From positions 31,299 through 95,298 of the forward strand of contig JBGQEL010000005.1 in NCBI GenBank assembly GCA_041496385.1: a stretch of DNA of 64,000 nucleotides, in the 5' to 3' direction. A model generated the notes under the pieces. The model did not search any database. It was not told where the DNA came from and saw nothing but the letters and a program-made list of their open reading frames with translations. The stretch is from Candidatus Methylomirabilia bacterium (GTDB taxonomy: Bacteria; Methylomirabilota; Methylomirabilia; Rokubacteriales; CSP1-6). This document shows, piece by piece, positions 35,287-43,950 of this stretch. Numbering within the stretch: the stretch's first letter is position 1; each line of letters starts with the position of its first letter. Both the position numbers and the translations under genes were made by a program.

Positions 35287-38200
35287 ATGAGGTGCTCCCG
35301 CTGCGGCCAGGACAATCCCGAGGGCGCCCGGTTCTGCAACGCATGCGGCGCGCGCCTCGCCGAGGTCCCGGCGCTCCCGCCGCGCGCCTACACGCCCGCG
35401 CACCTCGCCGAGAAGATCCTCACCTCGCGCGCCTCGCTCGTGGGCGAGCGTAAGCAAGTGACCGTCCTCTTCGCCGACCTCAAGGGCTCGATGGAGCTGC
35501 TCGCCGACCGCGATCCCGAGGAGGCGCGCCGCCTGCTCGACGCCGTCCTCGAGCGGATGATGGAGGCCGTCCACCGGTACGAGGGCACGGTGAACCAGGT
35601 CATGGGCGACGGGATCATGGCGCTCTTCGGCGCGCCGCTCGCCCACGAGGACCACGCCGTGCGCGCCTGCTACGCCGCCCTGCGGATGCAGGACAGCGTC
35701 AACCGCTGGGCCGACGAGGTGCAGCGGCTCGAGGGTCTCGCCGTCCGGATCCGCGTCGGCCTCAACTCCGGCGAGGTCGTCGTCCGCTCGATCGGGAGCG
35801 ACCTGAACATGGACTACACGGCCGTCGGCCAGACGACGCACCTCGCCGCCCGCATGGAGCAGATGGCGGTGCCGGGCACGATCCTCGTCACGCCCTCCAC
35901 GCTCCGGCTGGCGGAGTGGGCGATCCGCGTCGACCCGCTCGGGCCCCGGCAGATCAAGGGCCTCGACGCCCCGATCGAGGTCTACCAACTCGTCGGTGCC
36001 CTGCCGGCGCGCTCGATCCTCAGCGTAGCCGCCGCCCGCCGGCTCACCCGGTTCGTCGGCCGGCAGGCGGAGCTCGAGCGCCTCCAGGGGATGCTGGCGG
36101 ACGCGCAGGCGGGGCGTGGCCAGGTGGCCGCGGTCACGTCCGAGCCCGGGGTCGGCAAGACGCGCCTGCTCTACGAGCTGGTCCAGTCGCCGGGCGCCGG
36201 CGACTGGCGGGTGCTCGAGTCGAGCGCGGTCCCGTACGAGAAGACGACCTCGTACCTGCCCCTCATCGATCTCCTCCGGAAGTACTTCGAGCTCGACGCC
36301 GTCGCCGGCGCGCCCGCCATCGCCGAGACCGTGACGGCGCAGCTCCTCGGACTCGATCCGGACCTCGGCGATGCTGTCGCCCCGATCCTGTCACTGCTCG
36401 ACGCGCTGCCCGCCGACGACGCGTTCCGAGCGCTCGATGCCCGGGAGCGCCGCCGCCGCGTGCTCGAAGCGGTCACGCGCGTGATCATCAGGGAGAGCGA
36501 CCGCCAGCCTCTGCTCGTCGTCTTCGAGAACCTCCAGTGGGTGGACGCCGAGACCCAGGCCTTCCTGGACGGCCTGCTCGAGCCCGTCCTCTCCGCGCGC
36601 CTCATGCTCCTGCTGAACTACCGGCCGGAGTTCGAGCACGACTGGCGGAGCCGACCCGGCTTCACCGAGGTCCCGATCGCGCCGCTCGCGCCGGCCAGCA
36701 TCGAGGAGATGCTGCGAGCGTTGCTCGGCTCCGACCGGTCGCTCGAGCCGCTCAGGCGGCTGCTGGTCGAGCGCGGCCAGGGCAACCCGTTCTTTCTCGA
36801 GGAGATCGTGCGGACGCTCATCGAGACCGGCGTGCTCGTCGGCGAGCGTGGCGCCTACACGGCGGCCGGCGACCTCGGCAGCCTCCAGGTGCCGGCCACC
36901 GTCCAGGCGGTCCTCGCGGCGCGGATCGACCGCCTGCCCCACGACGCCAAGCTCCTGCTCCAGTCGGCGTCGGTGATCGGCGTCGACGTCCCGCAGGCGC
37001 TTCTCGAGGCGGTCACCGAGCTCCCCGGCGACACGCTCCGGAGCGCGCTCGCCCAGCTCGTGGCCGCGGGGTTTCTCGACGAGACGCGGCTCTTCCCGGA
37101 CCTCGAGTACCGATTCAGGAACTCGCTCACGCGCGACGTCGCCTACGCGAGCCTGCTCCGGGAGCAGCGGCGGGCCCTCCACGCGGTCATCGTCGACGCG
37201 ATCGAGGCGCTCTACGGCGACCGCCTGACGAGCTACCTGGACCAGCTCGCCTACCATGCCACGCGCGGCGAGGTTTGGCCGAAGGCGGCGCTCTACAACC
37301 AGCAGGTCGGCGCGCGCGCGGTCAGCCGCGCCGCGAACCTGGAAGCGGTGCGCGCGTTCGAGGTGGCGCTCCAGGCCCTGGCGCGCCTGCCCCAGATCCG
37401 GGAGACCGCCGAGCGGGTCATCGACCTCCGGCTCGACCTCCGGCCCCCGTTGCTCCAACTCGGCCGGCTCGACGAGGTGCTGGCGGTCTCCCGCGAGGCC
37501 GAGCGGATCGCGCGCGACCTCGGCGACGAGCAGCGGCTCGCCCGCGTCTACGCCTACCTCGTCAACCACCACTACCTGAAGGGCGAGACCGGCCTCGCCA
37601 TCGAATACGGCGAGCGCTGTCTCGAGGTGGGCCGGGCCACGAACGACCTGGCGCTCCAGGCCCTCGCGCGCCAGTACATGGGCCAGAGCCGGCACGCGCT
37701 CGGCGACTTCGCGGGGGCGGAGCGGATCCTCCGCGAGAACGTCGAGTCGCTCGACGCGGCGCGCGCCGGCACATCCTACGTCGCCTCCTGCGCGTGGCTC
37801 GCGATGAGCCTGGCCGATCGGGGCGAGTTCGAGACGGCCTACGGCGTCCTCGAGCGCGGGCATCTCGCCGCCGAAGCGACGCACCACGCCTACAGCCAGA
37901 CGATCGCGTGGACCGTGGCGGGCCTCGTCTCGCTCAGGCGCGGCCGCCTGGCCCGCGCCGTCTTGCCCCTCGAGCGGAGCTTCGAGGCGTGCCGGCGCAG
38001 GAACCTCACGGTCTGGCAGCCCATCCCCTCGTCGCTCCTCGGCCTGGCGTTCGTCCGCCTGGGCCACGTGCCCGAGGGGCTCCACCTCCTCGAGGACGGC
38101 GTGCGCCTGAGCCGCGAGCTGGGCATCCGCGCCTACCTGCCCTGGTGGGTGGCGAATCTCGCGGAGGGCTACCTGGCTGACGGCCAGTACGCCCGCGCGC

Positions 38201-38763
38201 GCGCCGCCGCCGAGGAGGCGCTCGAGCTCGCCACGGCGGGCGGCGAGCGGGGCCAGGCGGCCGCGACGCTCGCGCTCCTCGGCGATATCGCCGCCCGCGG
38301 CGAGCCGGCGCGGCCCGACGAGGCGCGCGCGCGCTACGACGCGGCGCTGGCCCTCGCGCGCGAGCTCGGGCTCCGGCCGCTGCTCGCCGAGACCCACCTC
38401 GGATTGAGCTCCGTCTGCGCGACGCTCGGTGACGCGGAGGGCGCCCGCGAGCACTGCGGCGCGGCCGAGACGCTCCTGCGCGAGCTCGAGATGCGCTCCT
38501 CGCAGGACCAGGGCGAGACCGAGGTGGCGGAGCTCGGTCACCTCTTCATCGTCGCGCGGTCGAACACCGATCTCTTCGACTTCCTCGCGCAGGAGCTTTC
38601 GGGCGCGCGGAGGATCAGCGTGATCCTCGACCGCCGCCAGGCCGAGCGGTCCGCGCCGACGGGCCCCTCCGCCGAGGAGCGCAGCCAGGCGGAGCGCCGG
38701 CGGGCGCAGATCGACGAGGACCTACGGCACTGGGGACTCGCCGTCGCCCCCCGCCGGGCATGA
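35287..38763 (+). CDS. Zn-ribbon, class III nucleotidyl cyclase, AAA ATPase and TPR multidomain protein
   Basis: CSRCG...FCNACG; ERKQVTVLFADLKGS; MGDGIMALFG; FVGR; PGVGKT; GNPFFLEE; helical repeats. Confidence 0.9.
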   Translation: MRCSRCGQDNPEGARFCNACGARLAEVPALPPRAYTPAHLAEKILTSRASLVGERKQVTVLFADLKGSMELLADRDPEEARRLLDAVLERMMEAVHRYEGTVNQVMGDGIMALFGAPLAHEDHAVRACYAALRMQDSVNRWADEVQRLEGLAVRIRVGLNSGEVVVRSIGSDLNMDYTAVGQTTHLAARMEQMAVPGTILVTPSTLRLAEWAIRVDPLGPRQIKGLDAPIEVYQLVGALPARSILSVAAARRLTRFVGRQAELERLQGMLADAQAGRGQVAAVTSEPGVGKTRLLYELVQSPGAGDWRVLESSAVPYEKTTSYLPLIDLLRKYFELDAVAGAPAIAETVTAQLLGLDPDLGDAVAPILSLLDALPADDAFRALDARERRRRVLEAVTRVIIRESDRQPLLVVFENLQWVDAETQAFLDGLLEPVLSARLMLLLNYRPEFEHDWRSRPGFTEVPIAPLAPASIEEMLRALLGSDRSLEPLRRLLVERGQGNPFFLEEIVRTLIETGVLVGERGAYTAAGDLGSLQVPATVQAVLAARIDRLPHDAKLLLQSASVIGVDVPQALLEAVTELPGDTLRSALAQLVAAGFLDETRLFPDLEYRFRNSLTRDVAYASLLREQRRALHAVIVDAIEALYGDRLTSYLDQLAYHATRGEVWPKAALYNQQVGARAVSRAANLEAVRAFEVALQALARLPQIRETAERVIDLRLDLRPPLLQLGRLDEVLAVSREAERIARDLGDEQRLARVYAYLVNHHYLKGETGLAIEYGERCLEVGRATNDLALQALARQYMGQSRHALGDFAGAERILRENVESLDAARAGTSYVASCAWLAMSLADRGEFETAYGVLERGHLAAEATHHAYSQTIAWTVAGLVSLRRGRLARAVLPLERSFEACRRRNLTVWQPIPSSLLGLAFVRLGHVPEGLHLLEDGVRLSRELGIRAYLPWWVANLAEGYLADGQYARARAAAEEALELATAGGERGQAAATLALLGDIAARGEPARPDEARARYDAALALARELGLRPLLAETHLGLSSVCATLGDAEGAREHCGAAETLLRELEMRSSQDQGETEVAELGHLFIVARSNTDLFDFLAQELSGARRISVILDRRQAERSAPTGPSAEERSQAERRRAQIDEDLRHWGLAVAPRRA

Positions 38764-39530
38764 GCCTCCTGCTCGAGCGGGACGGCCGCGTGGCCATCGT
38801 CACCTTCAACCGGCCCGAAGCGCGCAACGCGATGACCTTCGAGATGTACGACCAGCTCCACGAGGCCTGCGACCGCTTCGACGGCGACCCCGAGGTGCGC
38901 GTCGTGATCCTCCGGGGCGCCGGCGATCGGTCGTTCGCGAGCGGCACCGACATCCGCCAGTTCCTCGCGTTCCGGACGCGGGAGGACGCGCTCGGCTACG
39001 AGGCGCGTATCGGGCGCGTGCTCTCCCGGATCGCGGGAATGACCAAGCCGACGATCGCGATGGTCCAGGGCGACGCGGTCGGCGGCGGCATGTTCATGGC
39101 GCTCGCGTGCGACCTCCGCCTCGCCGCGCCGCACGCGCGCTTCGGGGCGCCAGTGGCGCGGACCCTCGGCAACTTCCTGGCGCCGGCGAGCCTCGCGCTG
39201 CTCGTCGCGACGCTCGGCCCCGTGCGCGCCCGCGAGCTCCTGCTCACCGCGCGCCTGGTGGACGCCGCCGAGGCGAAGGCGATCGGCCTCGTGGACGAGG
39301 TCCACCCGGCGGAGACGCTCGGCGCGCGGACGCGGGAGCTCGCGGACCGCATCGCAGGGCACGCGCCGCTCACGATGGCGGCCGCGAAGGAGGCGACACG
39401 GCGCCTGCTCGCCGCCCGGGCACCCGGCAGTCTCGAGGACCTCATCCTCTCCTGCTACCTCAGCGAGGACTTCCAGGAAGGCGTCCGGGCGTTCCTCGAA
39501 CGGCGGACTCCTCAGTGGCGCGGGCGCTGA
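38760..39530 (+). CDS. Enoyl-CoA hydratase/isomerase family
   Basis: NRPEARNAM, FASGTDI, KPTIAMVQG, AVGGG, DFQEGVRAFLE. Confidence 0.9.
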   Translation: MSLLLERDGRVAIVTFNRPEARNAMTFEMYDQLHEACDRFDGDPEVRVVILRGAGDRSFASGTDIRQFLAFRTREDALGYEARIGRVLSRIAGMTKPTIAMVQGDAVGGGMFMALACDLRLAAPHARFGAPVARTLGNFLAPASLALLVATLGPVRARELLLTARLVDAAEAKAIGLVDEVHPAETLGARTRELADRIAGHAPLTMAAAKEATRRLLAARAPGSLEDLILSCYLSEDFQEGVRAFLERRTPQWRGR

Positions 39531-40618
39531 TCCGCGCGCTCGTCGCCGCGCTGCTGGCCGTCGGCGCCATGGGCGCCGCGGAGCCGCAACAGATCACGCT
39601 GCCGCCGGGCTTCAGGCTCGACGAGTTCGCCACCGGCGTGGGCGGCACGCGCTTCACGACGCAGGACCTCGCCGGCACGCTGCTCGTCTCGACGCCGCGT
39701 CAGGGACGGATCGTCGCGCTTCCCGAGCGCGCCGGCACCGGACGCAGCGACGGCGAGCTCACCGTCGCCGAAGGCCTCGACCTCCCGCACGGCCTCGCCT
39801 TCAGGGACGGGTGGCTCTACGTCGCGGAGACCGGGCGCGTGCGGCGCTTCCGGTACGATCCCGCGACCCGCCGCGCGAGCGAGCCGGTCGTCGTCGTCCC
39901 GGCCCTGCCGCCGCGGGGCGGTCACTGGACTCGGACGCTCGCGTTCGGGCCCGACGGCCGGCTCTACGTGTCCGTCGGATCATCGTGCAACGTCTGTCGC
40001 GAGTCGGACCCGCGACGCGCGGCGGTCTCGCGCTACGAGGGCGACGGCTCGGGCGAGCGCCTCTTCGCGACCGGCCTGCGCAACGCGGTCGGGCTCGCGT
40101 TCCACCCGACGAGCGGCGCGCTCTGGGCGACCGTGAACGAGCGGGACTGGCGCGGTGACGATCTGCCGCCCGACTACGTCACCGAGGTGAAGGAGGGTGG
40201 CTTCTACGGCTGGCCCCAGTGCTTCGCGGCGCGCGGCAGCGTCGTCCCTGACCAGGACTTCGGCTCGGGCGGCGAGGCGTGCCGGCGGATGACGCTCCCC
40301 ACCCTCGAGATCCAGGCGCACTCGGCGCCGCTCGGGCTCGTCTTCTATACGGGCCGGCAGTTCCCGCCGGAGTATCGCGAGAGCCTCTTCGTGGCCTATC
40401 ACGGCTCGTGGAACCGCTCGGTCCCGACGGGCTACAAGATCGTGCGAGTGCCGTTCAGCGGCGGCCGGCCGAGCGGCCCCGTGGAGGACTTCGCGACCGG
40501 GTGGCTGCAGGGGGGCGCCGTGCGCGGGCGGCCGGTGGGACTCCTGGTCGCCGCCGACGGCGCGCTGTTCCTCTCGACCGACGACACGATCTACCGGATC
40601 AGCTACCGCGCGCCCTGA
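39515..40618 (+). CDS. PQQ-dependent sugar/sorbosone dehydrogenase family
   Basis: Signal peptide; GHWTR, SVGSSCN, GLRNAVG, FYGWP, AHSAPLG, HGSWNRS; start approximate. Confidence 0.88.
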   Translation: MARALIRALVAALLAVGAMGAAEPQQITLPPGFRLDEFATGVGGTRFTTQDLAGTLLVSTPRQGRIVALPERAGTGRSDGELTVAEGLDLPHGLAFRDGWLYVAETGRVRRFRYDPATRRASEPVVVVPALPPRGGHWTRTLAFGPDGRLYVSVGSSCNVCRESDPRRAAVSRYEGDGSGERLFATGLRNAVGLAFHPTSGALWATVNERDWRGDDLPPDYVTEVKEGGFYGWPQCFAARGSVVPDQDFGSGGEACRRMTLPTLEIQAHSAPLGLVFYTGRQFPPEYRESLFVAYHGSWNRSVPTGYKIVRVPFSGGRPSGPVEDFATGWLQGGAVRGRPVGLLVAADGALFLSTDDTIYRISYRAP

Positions 40619-40631
40619 CCCGCCGGACTCC

Positions 40632-41129
40632 TCAGTCGGCCTTCGGCCGCACGGCGTCGCCGACGCGGATCACGCCTGCGGTCAGGATCCGCGCGCGCAG
40701 ACCGCCGCGGTGGAGGAGCCCGGCCATGACGCCCTGCTGGGTGAGTCCCTCCAGGTACTTGCACGGCTCACAGAGCCGGGTGCCGGACAGGAGCACCGGT
40801 CCAACCCAGAACTCGCGGTCCACGAGGTGATTCAGCGGCACACCGGAGGTCGCGATGTTGCGGCGGGTCTCGGCGGGCGAGAGCTTGATGCCGAGACGGT
40901 GGCCCTCGGCGTTCTGGACGCCGTCGAGGAGGGCGCGCACAGCTTCGACTTCGATGAGGGTGATCTCGCGGCCGCCGTGGCTCGGTTTCGGGGAGTACAC
41001 GCCCGTGCCGAGGAAGTACCGGTCGCCCTCAAGCCCGCGGCCCGGCACCGCGCGGGCCTCGGCCACGACGTCCATCGGCGCCGAGGCCTTGGGGGACACG
41101 TGGATCGAGACGACGCTCCCCTGCCACAT
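40632..41129 (-). CDS. MOSC domain protein
   Basis: GRGLEGDRY, RRNI, LCEPC, RGGLRARIL, GVIRVGD. Confidence 0.88.
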   Translation of the reverse strand: MWQGSVVSIHVSPKASAPMDVVAEARAVPGRGLEGDRYFLGTGVYSPKPSHGGREITLIEVEAVRALLDGVQNAEGHRLGIKLSPAETRRNIATSGVPLNHLVDREFWVGPVLLSGTRLCEPCKYLEGLTQQGVMAGLLHRGGLRARILTAGVIRVGDAVRPKAD

Positions 41130-41139
41130 GCAGGGGATT

Positions 41140-41733
41140 CTACTGCTTTTCGCGAACCTGCTTCACCAGCTGCTGGTAGGAGGTGCGCTGGATGATCTTG
41201 TCGAACTGGACCCGATAGCTCGCGACGAGGCTGATTCCCTCGATCACCACGTCGTAGGCGCGCCAGCGGTCGCTCCGGCGCAGCATCCGGTACTCGACGG
41301 GGATCTCGGTGCCCTGCTTGGTGACGATCCGGGTCTTCACGATGGCCTGGTCGCCGTCGATGGTGTCGCCGAGGAAGGCCACCTTCTCGCCGCTGTAGGT
41401 CTCGACCTTGCTGACATAGGCGCGCTCGAGGAGATCACCGAAGAGCCTCATGAACTCCTCGCGCTCACCGGGCGTACGCTCGCGCCAGTGACGCCCGAGG
41501 CTGCGCCGGCTGATCTCCTCGACGTCGAGGATGTCGTCCGCGAGGCGGCGCAGCGTCTGCCGCCGCTCCTGGGCGTGCGCGGGCTTCCCGAGCTCCTGGT
41601 CGTTGAGGGCCTTCAACACCAGATCGATCTGCGCGAACAGCTGATCGGCGGGCTCACCAGCCCAGGCCTTGGGCGCCAGGACCGCCGCGGTGAGCAACAG
41701 GACGGCGAGCGCGACGCCGCGACGCGCGCGCAT
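41140..41733 (-). CDS. mlaC: MlaC/Ttg2D-family periplasmic lipid shuttle
   Basis: SRRSLGRHW, YDVVIEGISLVASYRVQF; signal peptide. Confidence 0.85.
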   Translation of the reverse strand: MRARRGVALAVLLLTAAVLAPKAWAGEPADQLFAQIDLVLKALNDQELGKPAHAQERRQTLRRLADDILDVEEISRRSLGRHWRERTPGEREEFMRLFGDLLERAYVSKVETYSGEKVAFLGDTIDGDQAIVKTRIVTKQGTEIPVEYRMLRRSDRWRAYDVVIEGISLVASYRVQFDKIIQRTSYQQLVKQVREKQ

Positions 41734-41921
41734 CAGTTGCGCCCCGTCAGGTTGAGGATCCGGCCCTCGAGCAGGTGGAGCAGCGGCACGTACTCGTCGC
41801 TGCCGCACGACGGACACGTGGGCTCGCCGAGCTCGAAGCACTCTTCGCAGGCCACGCAGACGGCGAGAGTCCGGAGCGGAATCGGCACTCGCGAAAGGGA
41901 TCGAACCACCGTGCTGATCAT
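41733..41921 (-). CDS. Small zinc-finger protein (CxxC...CxxC)
   Basis: CVACEEC...CPSCGS; AGGAGG SD; TGATG coupling to mlaC. Confidence 0.7.
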   Translation of the reverse strand: MISTVVRSLSRVPIPLRTLAVCVACEECFELGEPTCPSCGSDEYVPLLHLLEGRILNLTGRN

Positions 41922-41950
41922 TGTCGTTGAACCTCCTGACGGAGGTTTAA

Positions 41951-42008
41951 CGCAAGGCCGATACCAATCCGGAAACGTCGTGTAAGCATGTGCTTTAACA
42001 ACAATTTA
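41951..42008 (-). promoter_or_regulatory. sigma54 promoter (TTGGTATCGGCCTTGC) with an upstream IHF-like site
   Basis: GG-N10-GC at 41951-41967; TAACAAcaatTTA at 41996-42008 in an AT-rich patch. Confidence 0.65.
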
Positions 42009-42116
42009 TGCACCAACTCGGGCGATGGTCTCGAGCGACGCTCGGTTTCTTACCATGCGAATTGGTGAGCCGTTGACCAGCCGCGGGGGACCGGACGAGC
42101 CCGACGCGCTCGCGGC

Positions 42117-42488
42117 CTAGCCCCGGCGTGTGATGACGACGACGCCGCCACGGTCGCTGACGAAGGCGGTGAGGATCCAGCTCACGGCGCTCACGAGCAG
42201 GGAGCCGAAGAGCGCCGGCCAGAGACCGTGAACCTCGAACCCCTTCACGAGCTGGGCGGTGAGCCAGAGGCAGAACGCATTCAGCACGAAGAGGAAGAGG
42301 CCCAGCGTCAGCAGCGTCACCGGCAGCGTGAGAACGATGAGGATGGGCCGCACGATCGCGTTGACGAGCCCGAGCACGAGGCCGGCGCCGAGCGCGGTCA
42401 GGATGCCGCCCACCTCGATCCCCGGCACGACGCTGGCGACGAGATAGATCGCGAACCCGTTGACGAGCACACGGATCAGGAATCCCAC
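42117..42488 (-). CDS. 4-TM YvlD/phage-holin-4 family membrane protein
   Basis: GLVNAIVRPILIVLTLPVTLLTLGLFLFVLNA. Confidence 0.88.
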   Translation of the reverse strand: MGFLIRVLVNGFAIYLVASVVPGIEVGGILTALGAGLVLGLVNAIVRPILIVLTLPVTLLTLGLFLFVLNAFCLWLTAQLVKGFEVHGLWPALFGSLLVSAVSWILTAFVSDRGGVVVITRRG

Positions 42489-42564
42489 GTGGCCCTCCTT
42501 CTCGGATAGTATCCTCTCTCAATGCCCGAGCGCTCTCGCACCTCGACGCCGCGGGCCTGAGCCC

Positions 42565-43059
42565 GTGCGCGTCCTCGAGCTCGTCTACTTCATGGCGCCG
42601 GCCTACGTCGCCAACATGGCGCCACCGTTCGTCCGCTACTGGAAGGGCTGGAACCGGCCGATCAGCGCGCGCTGGCTGGGGAGCCACAAGACGGTGCTGG
42701 GCTTCGCCGCTGGCGTCGCCGCGGCGGTCCTTGTCGCGTTCGCCCAGTCGCGCGTCGGCTGGGGCGGTGCGATCGCCTCCGACGAGGACTGGCTCGACCT
42801 GGGCGCACGCATGGGCGTGGGCGCGATGCTCGGTGACTCGGTCAAGAGCTTCTTCAAGCGCCGCCGCGGCGTCGCCCCGGGCGGCACGTGGATCCCGTTC
42901 GATCAGCTCGACTTTGTGCTGGGCGCGCTGCTGCTCGTCGGGCGCCGCGCGGCGCTTTCGGCGAGCGACGTGGCGATCGTGCTCGCGCTGAGCTTCGTCG
43001 GCCACATCCTCGTCAACCACATCGGCTACTGGCTCGGCGTCCGCGACGCCAGATGGTAG
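42565..43059 (+). CDS. CDP-archaeol synthase-like protein (CarS/DUF46)
   Basis: PAYVANMAP, GSHKT, GDSVKSFFKRRRG, PFDQLDF motifs; polytopic; GTG start approximate. Confidence 0.8.
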   Translation: MRVLELVYFMAPAYVANMAPPFVRYWKGWNRPISARWLGSHKTVLGFAAGVAAAVLVAFAQSRVGWGGAIASDEDWLDLGARMGVGAMLGDSVKSFFKRRRGVAPGGTWIPFDQLDFVLGALLLVGRRAALSASDVAIVLALSFVGHILVNHIGYWLGVRDARW

Positions 43060-43103
43060 CCCGCCCGCTCGACGCGGGCCGGCCCGGAGAGGCTGGACGC
43101 CGC

Positions 43104-43140
43104 TGTTATAATTGAAAGGGTGGCGGACGAGCGCCACCCT
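43104..43140 (+). promoter_or_regulatory. Extended -10 promoter (TGtTATAAT) followed by a 9-bp 5' hairpin
   Basis: TATAAT at 43107-43112; AGGGTGGCG/CGCCACCCT at 43117-43140. Confidence 0.55.
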
Positions 43141-43163
43141 CGCCCCCCTCGCGGCGAGGAACC

Positions 43164-43565
43164 GTGAGGAGGGTGGTCATGGAAGGTATCGCATCGGTCC
43201 TGCTGTTCACGCTGTCGGTCGCGGCCGGGCCGGCGGTGACGGGCACTGAGGCGCGCAGCTACTCGGGCACGGTCGTGGCCGTGGACGGGCGCGCCGGCGT
43301 GCTGGTGGTCGAGGAGGTCGGTCCGTGGCGGACCCGGAGCGGTGCGACGGAGCTCACGCGCCGGACCATTCGGATCACCCAGGAGACCGCGTTCGAGGGA
43401 ACGCACCGCAAGACGCTCGCGACCGGCGAGATCGCGGGCTTCGTCTCCGAGCCGATCTCCCGTGAGACGCTCAAGCCGGGCGATTTCGTCACCGTGCGCA
43501 CCCACGCGCGGGGCGAGCGCGCGACCGCCTGGAAGGTCATCCTGACGTCGGTCTCCCGAGGCTAG
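43164..43565 (+). CDS. Secreted hypothetical protein, OB-fold-like
   Basis: Signal peptide; SGTVVAVD...LKPGDFVTV; start may be 43179. Confidence 0.65.
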   Translation: MRRVVMEGIASVLLFTLSVAAGPAVTGTEARSYSGTVVAVDGRAGVLVVEEVGPWRTRSGATELTRRTIRITQETAFEGTHRKTLATGEIAGFVSEPISRETLKPGDFVTVRTHARGERATAWKVILTSVSRG

Positions 43566-43566
43566 C

Positions 43567-43950
43567 GTGGATCCGGCGGTCGAGCGCGCGCTCGGCGCCG
43601 CCAAGCGGATGTATCTCACCACCTACTCGCCCACCGGCCGGGCGGGCACCGTGCCGACCTGGTTCATGGTCAAGGACGGCGCGCTCTACTTCACGACGCT
43701 CCGCGCGAGCCTCAAGGCGCGCCGGATCCAGGCGACCGGCCGCGTCCGCGTGGCGCTCGGGGCTCGCGACGGCCCGGCGTTCGACGGCCGCGCCGAGTGG
43801 GTGGACGAACGGCCCGACCTCGAGCGGACGGTGCTGGCGAACTACCGGCGGAAGTATCCCCTCCTCGTCCCGCTCTTCATGGGGCGCTTCATCCGGAAGC
43901 GCCTCGCGAGCCGGGAATCGGTGCTGATCCGGATCGTCCCTACTCCCTGA
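43567..43950 (+). CDS. Pyridoxamine 5'-phosphate oxidase-like split-barrel protein
   Basis: YLTTY...VPTWF...LYFTT...KARRI...RKY pattern. Confidence 0.7.
   Translation: MDPAVERALGAAKRMYLTTYSPTGRAGTVPTWFMVKDGALYFTTLRASLKARRIQATGRVRVALGARDGPAFDGRAEWVDERPDLERTVLANYRRKYPLLVPLFMGRFIRKRLASRESVLIRIVPTP

Noticed and set aside
42117..42488. Holin as a sign of a prophage
   Set aside because: YvlD-type proteins are common chromosomal genes; no phage genes nearby
43117..43140. Hairpin with ACGA in the loop resembling a guanidine-II riboswitch
   Set aside because: Six-nt loop, no second ACGR hairpin, and the downstream gene is not guanidine-related
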